From Acholeplasma sp. (GTDB lineage Bacteria; Bacillota_I; Bacilli_A; Acholeplasmatales; UBA5453), in assembly GCA_012839355.1 (NCBI GenBank), contig DUNK01000037.1:372-64371 (forward strand): a DNA stretch of 64,000 nucleotides, given 5' to 3'. This document shows positions 57,037 through 64,000 of the stretch, in pieces. The translations under genes and the position numbers were made by a program. The notes below the pieces were generated by a model that saw only the letters and a program-made list of their open reading frames with translations, ran no database searches and had not been told where the DNA came from. How positions within the stretch are numbered: the stretch's first letter is position 1; every line of letters begins with the position of its first letter.

Positions 57037-60000
57037 TTATTCTACCTCTTTTAACATCTTTCTAATCTTTCTTAATTCTTTATTAGCGTCAATATACCAA
57101 TTATTAGAAAAGACACGATAAACATTCCAACCACGAGCTTTTAAATACTTTTCTTGGTGAAGTAAGTTTCTTCTTGCAGTTACATTAGTATCATTAACAA
57201 TATCGCAAATAATACCTAACTTATACTCTTTTTCTTCTTCATCATAAATTGCTAAATCAATATAATGTTCACCAGCACCAATAGAAGTATGAACATTGTA
57301 TTTTAAACCTTCTAAACGTTTCTTAATATCAAGTGCTAACTCTTCAGTTAAAGCTCTTTGCGTCTCTTCTTCTTTAGAGTGTAATTCTTGTAAGACTAAC
57401 TTCGCTAAATCTTTCTTGCCGTTAGAAATGAAATAACAATACCTCATAAAATCTTTTAAAAGTTTTGGTCCTGCGCCTTGTAAATCTTCGACCTTAAATT
57501 CTTCAGGATACAAAGATGAAACAAAATAGATTTTCTTCTTCGCACGCGTTACCGCAACGTTAAGTCTGTTTTGACCACCTTCATGGTTTAACCAGCCAAA
57601 TCTTCTTTTTACAGTTCCTGTTTTATCTTTCGCATAACCCATTGAAAAAATGATAATATCTCTTTCATCACCTTGAACATTTTCAATGTTTTTAATGAAT
57701 AAACTTTTATCTTCATTATCTTCAGTTCTCATTAATTCTTCTTCAAACTGGCGTTGATATGTGCCTTTTTTAAAGATTTCTTTATCGATATGATTTTCAA
57801 TTAAATCTCTTTGCGCACTATTAAAAGTAATGACGCCAATCGTTTCATTATTTTTACGAGTTCTAAAAATCTTCTTAATTATCTTAACAACTTCTTTTGC
57901 TTCTTCAACATTTTGTCTATTATGGAAAATACCTTCTTCCACATGTACATATTCAATCGGTGGTTTAGGACTTTCTTTTTGGTTAGGTGAAACGATTAAT
58001 TTACCATCATAAAAAGCATAATTAGAAAAAGAAATTAACTCTTCATAATTAGATCTATAGTGATAGTTTAATAGCGTTTCTTTATATTTATATCTCGCTA
58101 AGTCTAATAAACTTTTCGCATCTAATGAAACATCTTGTAAGATTTCTTCTTCAAAGAGTTCATCTTCATTATCAATTCTCCCAAAACCTAAGCTTGATGG
58201 TCTTAACTGTTTTGGATCCCCTGCTATTACAACCTTTTTCGCACGATAAATTGAAGGGATTCCCTTTTCAACATACATCTGTGATGCTTCATCAAATATA
58301 ACTAAATCAAAAAGTCCGTGCTCTAAAGGAATTAACGAACTAACAACCTCAGGAGTCATCATCCAAATTTTAATACTTTCAAATAACTCTGGTTGAAAGT
58401 GATTAATAAACTCATTAACAGATGGTTTTTTAGCTGCTTCTAATATACGCTTGATATCCATAATTCTTTTCGCATTAGAAAAGTTTAATGCTTGTTTGTA
58501 TAACTCCATCTCAAACGACTCAGTCGTTATTAATATCTTCTCAGCAACTAACGCTTCTAAACGTTCTTTCGTATCTTGATATTCATCAATCACACTTAAA
58601 TCTTCTTGGTGGAGAGCTTTAAACTCTTCTAAATAACCTGTGTAATAAGCCCTAAACAAATATTCTCTAAACTTGGAAATATCAATTATATCTTTTACTA
58701 ATTCATCTTCAGTAAGCATATTTAAGTATTTAATTTCTAATTTGTTTAATTCTAAATATGACGCTTCTAATTTAGGTAATCTATTTATATTTTCTAAAAG
58801 ATAATTATTTACTCTTGCATCCTTAAGTAATAACTTTAAATACTTCTTCTCATATCTTCCTTTTTGAGCGAAATATAATAGTTTACCTTTATTCATTTTT
58901 AAGAAAATTTTTCTTAACTGAATCTTTCTAAACAAACCTGAAGTATTATAATCTTCAACAAACTCTAAATATCCTTCACTAAACTTCTTAAATTCTATCT
59001 TAGAACTTCTAGTTAATTTCTTTTCAAACCTTTTTACAACTGGATATCTACTAACTATCTTATGATATTCTAAATATTTTTTTAATTCACTATTACTATC
59101 AAATTTATCTTCTAACCCTTTTAAATCACTATAACTTAAGTTCCCAAAGTGTCTATTAAACATTTCATAAACACTTTTAGGTGTTAACTCTTCGTTTACT
59201 TCTCTATCTTTTAAATACTTATTTAGTAATTCAGAAACATTAAACCCATCAACTTCACCAAAGAGTAAATTAATAGTTCTATCTAATGTGTTAAGGAGTT
59301 CGGTAATCTCCGCCTCTGATTGATAGCGATCATTATTGATAGTCCTAATTGGTGGTGTTGGATCAATAAAATTACTAAGCATATTGTAGAAGTTAGTTTT
59401 ATTTTCAGCATCATCTAAAAACATCGCGTATTTTGATGCGTTTTTGAGCCTTGAATAGATAACATCTAAAGCCGCTCTTTTCTCACTGACAACTAAGACA
59501 TTTTCTTTGTTTAAAATGGCATTCGCAATTAGGCTTGTGATAGTCTGACTTTTGCCTGTTCCAGGCGGACCAAAAATAACAAGTTTTTGTTCCTTGTTTA
59601 ATAAATCAATAACATTTTCTTGCGAGTCATTTAATTCGTTTATATATGTAATACTATCTTCATTTATCTTACTTTTATCTACCGCAAAAACAACTTCTTT
59701 TTCTTTTTTATATAAGTTTTCTTCATCAATTAAACCTTCCAATAATTCATTATATTTATTACTTTCAATAATCGCATTCATATCTTTTTGAATCATTGAT
59801 GAATAAGGTTTATATCTTCCTAAAACAAGATATTGTCTAAGTTCAAAGTTACGATATTTTCTTCTTTCAAACTGAGCTTTTAATAAACTTTCAAACATTT
59901 CAAACTCAAACTTTTTAAATTTATCGTGGAGCGCCACACCATTTTTTTCATAATAATCAAACACTTCATCAGTCAAAGTGTGACGACTAAAACTTTCCAC

Positions 60001-60729
60001 AAACGGATCTTTTTCCTTTAATGATTCTTTATCAAGTTTAGAAATCATTAAGAGTAAATCGTTATTATAAATGATATCTTTTTTATCATCTTTTTGAAGA
60101 TAAAAATTTCTTCTGCTTCTTTTTAACGCCACCGGAAAAAACAGTAGTGGCGCCTTTATCGGAAACTTTTCCTTTCTTAAATATCCTTCAATATAAGGAT
60201 AAGCAATATATAAATTATAAGCTCCCGTTTCCTTTAATTCTTTATTAACATTTCGATATAAATTCGTTAAGTCTTTAAATCTTCTTTCGTTTGGAAGTTC
60301 AAAATTATACCGTCTTGTTTTTTTGTTTGTGAGAAAGTCAATTAGATTTTCATCATCTTCTAACGTTGCCAAATCAAAGTTTCTTAACTTTTCAATTCTT
60401 CCCATATAAAGGTTCTGGTTATTTTTAGAAAGGTTAGTAAGTCTATCCTTATAATTATTTAAAACTTTATATGCTTTTTTAGATACCTTTACTTCTTTTA
60501 TCTTCTTAGAACGATAATTATTAATGACTTCTAAAAAGTCTTTTGAGTAGTCTTTAATAAAATCTTTATCAATCCCTGGAACAGCTAAAAAATCATTAGT
60601 TTTGAGTGGCATTTTGTTTACCATCTCAACTAACGCCTCGTCATTACAAATAAATGCATTTTCATTCTCAGCTCTTAACTGATCTCGTAACGTTAAAAGT
60701 TCTTCTAAAAACTCATTTTTGTATAACAA
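57037..60729 (-). CDS. Large SF1B (Upf1/DNA2-like, AAA_11/AAA_12) helicase with an N-terminal HRDC-like domain and a C-terminal Vsr/DUF559-like endonuclease-fold domain
   Basis: 1230 aa. HRDC-like N-terminus (LRDQLRAENENAFICNDEALVEMVNKMPLKTNDFLAVPGI). Walker A GPPGTGKSQT, motif II FDEASQM, GDPKQLRP, QGDERD, LNVAVTRAKKK. C-terminal ...YIDLAIYDEEE..YKLGIICD......ARRNLLHQEKYLKARGWNVYRVFSNNWY. TTG start with GGGAGA SD and its own TATAAT (60802-60807 region). Confidence 0.8.
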   Translation of the reverse strand: MLYKNEFLEELLTLRDQLRAENENAFICNDEALVEMVNKMPLKTNDFLAVPGIDKDFIKDYSKDFLEVINNYRSKKIKEVKVSKKAYKVLNNYKDRLTNLSKNNQNLYMGRIEKLRNFDLATLEDDENLIDFLTNKKTRRYNFELPNERRFKDLTNLYRNVNKELKETGAYNLYIAYPYIEGYLRKEKFPIKAPLLFFPVALKRSRRNFYLQKDDKKDIIYNNDLLLMISKLDKESLKEKDPFVESFSRHTLTDEVFDYYEKNGVALHDKFKKFEFEMFESLLKAQFERRKYRNFELRQYLVLGRYKPYSSMIQKDMNAIIESNKYNELLEGLIDEENLYKKEKEVVFAVDKSKINEDSITYINELNDSQENVIDLLNKEQKLVIFGPPGTGKSQTITSLIANAILNKENVLVVSEKRAALDVIYSRLKNASKYAMFLDDAENKTNFYNMLSNFIDPTPPIRTINNDRYQSEAEITELLNTLDRTINLLFGEVDGFNVSELLNKYLKDREVNEELTPKSVYEMFNRHFGNLSYSDLKGLEDKFDSNSELKKYLEYHKIVSRYPVVKRFEKKLTRSSKIEFKKFSEGYLEFVEDYNTSGLFRKIQLRKIFLKMNKGKLLYFAQKGRYEKKYLKLLLKDARVNNYLLENINRLPKLEASYLELNKLEIKYLNMLTEDELVKDIIDISKFREYLFRAYYTGYLEEFKALHQEDLSVIDEYQDTKERLEALVAEKILITTESFEMELYKQALNFSNAKRIMDIKRILEAAKKPSVNEFINHFQPELFESIKIWMMTPEVVSSLIPLEHGLFDLVIFDEASQMYVEKGIPSIYRAKKVVIAGDPKQLRPSSLGFGRIDNEDELFEEEILQDVSLDAKSLLDLARYKYKETLLNYHYRSNYEELISFSNYAFYDGKLIVSPNQKESPKPPIEYVHVEEGIFHNRQNVEEAKEVVKIIKKIFRTRKNNETIGVITFNSAQRDLIENHIDKEIFKKGTYQRQFEEELMRTEDNEDKSLFIKNIENVQGDERDIIIFSMGYAKDKTGTVKRRFGWLNHEGGQNRLNVAVTRAKKKIYFVSSLYPEEFKVEDLQGAGPKLLKDFMRYCYFISNGKKDLAKLVLQELHSKEEETQRALTEELALDIKKRLEGLKYNVHTSIGAGEHYIDLAIYDEEEKEYKLGIICDIVNDTNVTARRNLLHQEKYLKARGWNVYRVFSNNWYIDANKELRKIRKMLKEVE

Positions 60730-60867
60730 TTAATATTCTCCCTTTCTAAATACCATACACTACTATTTTAACATTAAAATGAGACATTTTGCATATTTTC
60801 TATTATATGTAAAAAATACCACATCAGTGGCATTTTTACTTAAACTAATTTTTATCTATTTTTATTA

Positions 60868-61221
60868 TCAACAAAACTTTAATATCTCTGGTGTTATCTT
60901 AGGGATACTTATAGTCCAAAACTCCCACCAACCACCGATAACATTCGCAATTGCAGCTATTGCATACACAACTGAAGTAAGCACCGCTAAACTGAAGATT
61001 GCAGCCATCAGTATACCCCAAACCGCAATATACACGCATAAAATTATGATTGATACAATTAATAAAATTAAAATTCTTAATACTATTGGAATATCATTAG
61101 TAGCTAAACTAACAACACCATTCCAAAATCTTGGTGTGATTGTGCTATATAAGAACTTCCACAACCAGACAACCGGATAATATAACTTCCCTAAACCTTT
61201 TAAATTAATATCATAATTCAT
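60868..61221 (-). CDS. Hypothetical small membrane protein (about 3 TM)
   Basis: 117 aa. Strong AAAGGAGG SD. Hydrophobic helices ILILLIVSIIILCVYIAVWGILMAAIF and LAVLTSVVYAIAAIANVIG. A weak hairpin plus T run follows at about 60823-60850. The overlapping plus-strand ORF 60779..61180 has no SD. Confidence 0.6.
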   Translation of the reverse strand: MNYDINLKGLGKLYYPVVWLWKFLYSTITPRFWNGVVSLATNDIPIVLRILILLIVSIIILCVYIAVWGILMAAIFSLAVLTSVVYAIAAIANVIGGWWEFWTISIPKITPEILKFC

Positions 61222-61253
61222 TACTTAAAAAACCTCCTTTAATACCTACTCTA

Positions 61254-61282
61254 ATTATATAGTTTTAACCACTATAAGTCAA
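61254..61282 (-). promoter_or_regulatory. Sigma-A promoter of the 117-aa membrane protein gene
   Basis: Minus strand TTGACT (61282..61277), N17, TATAAT (61259..61254). Confidence 0.6.
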
Positions 61283-61298
61283 TTATAAGCGCCTTATC

Positions 61299-64000
61299 TT
61301 ACTCGTCTTTTTCAAATACTATTTCTGGAAAAAGCGCTAAGTATTCTTCTTCTTTTTCGCGGTTATACCAATAGACAATTTGATTTGCTGAGATACTCGT
61401 AATTTTATATTCTAAATCTTCTCTACTCTTTATTAGGTCTTTGGCTTTTTTAGAAAACTGGACAACTTTTTTCCCATCATGAGTTACATACCCATTTTCT
61501 ATTTTTAACTCATCACCAGGAAGCGCCTTCCTAACATTATATCTACTAAACTCAAAGTATCCTAAGAAAACATCAGAATATCCAAGTCTATAAACAAACC
61601 TCTTTGGCTCCTTAATTTCTTTATCATATTCAACAATTCTCAAGTTTTCTATTCTATCAACATAGTTAAATATTTTATGGTTTGTATGAATATTTAAATT
61701 ATCCTTGGCTCTAGTTATACCAACATAGAGGACTCTTAAATCTGCATCTTCAAGATATTCAGTTGAATCATAATAAATGAATACATTATTAAACTCTTTC
61801 CCTTTAGCCTTATGAAGTGTTGAAACAACAAAAGGTGCTTCAATATAGAAATCATCTAGGTTAGTTTCAAGTAAATACTCTTTGAAATCACTAATAAAGA
61901 CATCAACACCTGCGGTTTGTTTGAATTTATTTAATATTTTTCTGTATAGTTCATAGTCTTTAACTGTTTTATATCTCCCAGCAAAATTCTTAAATGTTTC
62001 TATCCAAATTTTATCCGTTATTTGGGTATTAAGATTTTTTGCTTTATACTCTAAAAGATTATAAAACTCTCTGATTTCATAAACATTGAAGGCTTTAACA
62101 TTATCAGTTGCTTGAATTAACTCCGCCCTTCTTTCTTTTTTGTTTAATATGCCTGTTATTTGTAAAGCTTCTTCATTTGTTAAAGTAAGAATGGCTGTTG
62201 TTCCTCTTAATTTACTATTTAATATATCTTCAATAAACGGCATGATAAATCTTTGTCCGTTATACTTGGTTACTTTAATATGGCCTAACTCTTTTCGATG
62301 TGGGCGAATTTCTTTTTTCTTTAATCTATTTTTAATTAGTGAAGCAACTTTATTAGAAAAATCAATTAAGTTCTTTTTAGCTCTAAAATTTATGCCAAGT
62401 TCATAAAAGGCTTTATCTTTTTCGGCAAACATTCTAAAGTATTTTGAGTCAGCTCCTCTAAACTCAAAAATGTTTTGATCATCATCACCAACCGCAACAA
62501 CTCTTAAGTTTTCATTATAATCAATTAGAGCCTTAACTAACTCGTATTCTTCTACATTCATATCTTGTGCCTCATCAATAACTAAAATCATTTTAGTTGC
62601 GATTGCAGGCTCAACTTCACGACTTTTTATCTTTTCCGTAGCCGCTTTAATTACACTATCAGTCTCCATAAGATTACCAACTTTTCCTAGCACATCAAAA
62701 GCAAACGAATGAAAAGTTCTTATATTGATATAATAAGCACTTGAACCAATTAAATCTGCTAGTTTTTCTTTAAAGTCTGTCGCAGCAACACGAGAAAAAG
62801 TCAACATTAAAAGTTGTTCAGACCTGATATCTTCGTTATATAAAATTGAAACTAATTTGTGAACTAATACTCTCGTTTTACCTGAACCAGGACCAGCCGC
62901 TACAGCAATAGTTTCATTATCTTTATCTTTAATTACCGCTAATTGTTCATCTGTAAGTTCACTGAAAAGTTCATTAAACCTAATTACACTCATATTAAGA
63001 TTTAATTGTTCTTTCTTCTCGCCTGGGAAATATTTTTTAATAAATTCTTGATAATTCATTAAAAAGTAATCTTGAACTAACTCTAAAGCTTTTTCTTTAT
63101 TTTCATACATAATATTTGCAAACTCGCCAACGATATGGATTTGTTGTTTCCTGTTTTCATAAAATGTTTCTAAATTTTGATAATCTTCTTTAGTAAACAT
63201 CTTTCTAGGATTTAACTCCGTTTTAGTTATATCTAAACGGTGATATAAAACAAAGAACCCACCTTCAATTTGTAAAACTTTTATGTTTTGTAAGTAAAAG
63301 AGTCTATCTTCAATGTCTTTCATATTTACTTTAAATTGCAACAATTGATTTCTTCTATTGAATTCTTTTACTAACTCCATAATAGAAAAATAAACCATGT
63401 TTTTATTCTTTTCAACAATTTTTTCTTTAACATTATACAAATATTCAATAATGAATTCATTCACTATAGTTTGCTTGCTAAATTTATCTAAATAGGCTTC
63501 GCCTTCTTCATATAATTTAATAATAAAATTATCTCTTGATTGTTTATCAACATCTATAATATTAGCCCTATCTAAATAACTAATTGCTCGTTTAACATCT
63601 TTAAGTTCACATTTAACATTGTTTTCGTCTAATTGTTGATAGATGTTTTTAACATTATAAAGAGCCCTTTCTGTTGTAAAAAGATTGAAAAGATGGTTAA
63701 TTATTTTCTCATAAAGTCTTACTTTTCTTATTGGACCTATATGTGTTGTACCATCAACAATTTCTGCTACTAAATCTTTATCATCGCGTAAAACATTAAT
63801 TTCTCTTAATTTACGAACAATACCAATTACCTCTTCAGTGGTTAAACCTAATAAATCTGCGATATAATCAACCCTTGATTCTGCAATATCGACATCGCTA
63901 GATTTTATATTTTTTTCTGTTATTAAAAGTTGCATTACTCTTTTAGCATTCATTACTTCTTTTTCTGCAAACATGTTTGACTTATCTATTCGTTCATTTG
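61299..64000 (-). CDS. UvrD/Rep-type SF1A helicase with a long winged-helix-rich N-terminal region; 5' end probably off-window
   Basis: AAGPGSGKTRVLVHK (motif I), VIDEAQDMN (II), VGDDDQNIFEFRGA (III), TLHKAKGKEFNNVF and YVGITRAKDNL (V/VI). The reading frame upstream of the ATG at 63974 stays open to the window edge (…NERIDKSN-M…), so the protein may be longer than 891 aa. Confidence 0.8.
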   Translation of the reverse strand, partial: NERIDKSNMFAEKEVMNAKRVMQLLITEKNIKSSDVDIAESRVDYIADLLGLTTEEVIGIVRKLREINVLRDDKDLVAEIVDGTTHIGPIRKVRLYEKIINHLFNLFTTERALYNVKNIYQQLDENNVKCELKDVKRAISYLDRANIIDVDKQSRDNFIIKLYEEGEAYLDKFSKQTIVNEFIIEYLYNVKEKIVEKNKNMVYFSIMELVKEFNRRNQLLQFKVNMKDIEDRLFYLQNIKVLQIEGGFFVLYHRLDITKTELNPRKMFTKEDYQNLETFYENRKQQIHIVGEFANIMYENKEKALELVQDYFLMNYQEFIKKYFPGEKKEQLNLNMSVIRFNELFSELTDEQLAVIKDKDNETIAVAAGPGSGKTRVLVHKLVSILYNEDIRSEQLLMLTFSRVAATDFKEKLADLIGSSAYYINIRTFHSFAFDVLGKVGNLMETDSVIKAATEKIKSREVEPAIATKMILVIDEAQDMNVEEYELVKALIDYNENLRVVAVGDDDQNIFEFRGADSKYFRMFAEKDKAFYELGINFRAKKNLIDFSNKVASLIKNRLKKKEIRPHRKELGHIKVTKYNGQRFIMPFIEDILNSKLRGTTAILTLTNEEALQITGILNKKERRAELIQATDNVKAFNVYEIREFYNLLEYKAKNLNTQITDKIWIETFKNFAGRYKTVKDYELYRKILNKFKQTAGVDVFISDFKEYLLETNLDDFYIEAPFVVSTLHKAKGKEFNNVFIYYDSTEYLEDADLRVLYVGITRAKDNLNIHTNHKIFNYVDRIENLRIVEYDKEIKEPKRFVYRLGYSDVFLGYFEFSRYNVRKALPGDELKIENGYVTHDGKKVVQFSKKAKDLIKSREDLEYKITSISANQIVYWYNREKEEEYLALFPEIVFEKDE

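Noticed and set aside
60779-61180. 133-aa plus-strand ORF overlapping the 117-aa minus-strand ORF.
   Set aside because: The minus-strand ORF has a strong AAAGGAGG SD, a consensus promoter and a downstream hairpin with T run. The plus-strand ORF has none of these.
1-64000. Search for CRISPR arrays, tandem or dispersed repeats, tRNA/rRNA genes, and transposase, integrase or phage genes.
   Set aside because: By eye I saw no direct-repeat/spacer periodicity, no GC-rich structured RNA islands other than the three riboswitch leaders, and no recombinase-like ORFs. Without a computational repeat scan, short dispersed repeats cannot be excluded.

Overview
Visibly AT-rich (about 30% GC by eye), very densely packed chromosomal segment, coded almost entirely on the minus strand. 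It looks like a low-GC Firmicutes/Mollicutes-type bacterium using the standard genetic code: TGA acts as a stop (znuA at 28098-28100, the DtxR-family gene at 36705-36707) and Trp is TGG. No cell-wall genes sit next to ftsZ or recU, which suggests an Acholeplasma-like wall-less lineage. That taxonomic call is inference only.

The content is mainly core housekeeping:
- RNase J and RecU.
- Nucleoside salvage (pdp, deoD, deoC, surE) and thyA-folA.
- A co-directional run from ileS through surE to deoC/deoD and the M16 peptidase pair.
- A minimal division cluster: ftsZ, then ychF-ylmE-sepF.
- Queuosine salvage genes tgt, queT and queG.
- pyk, an Hsp20 gene, and purA.
- A Zn importer operon with Zur and a Mn/Fe (Tro/Mnt-type) importer operon with a DtxR-family repressor.
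- Three MacB-type fused ABC-ATPase/FtsX proteins.
- Two large SF1 helicases at the right edge.

Cis-regulatory RNAs and sites readable directly in the sequence:
- A TPP riboswitch in front of thiT.
- An Ile T-box in front of ileS.
- A second T-box whose specifier reads UAC (Tyr), in front of a tyrosine-phenol-lyase-like gene.
- A CIRCE operator on the hsp20 promoter.
- A DtxR-type operator on the Mn operon.
- Many rho-independent terminators.

I saw no rRNA or tRNA genes, no CRISPR array, and no transposase, integrase or prophage genes.

I do not see a clear-cut new multi-gene system. The observations most worth follow-up are:
- The Tyr T-box driving a nominally catabolic lyase.
- A DUF1538-like duplicated membrane protein with two PII-like proteins, embedded in the purA operon.
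- The helicase / small membrane protein / helicase-nuclease locus at the right edge.
- A self-contained 42-aa gene missing from the ORF track.

All family assignments come from motif recognition by eye, not from database searches.
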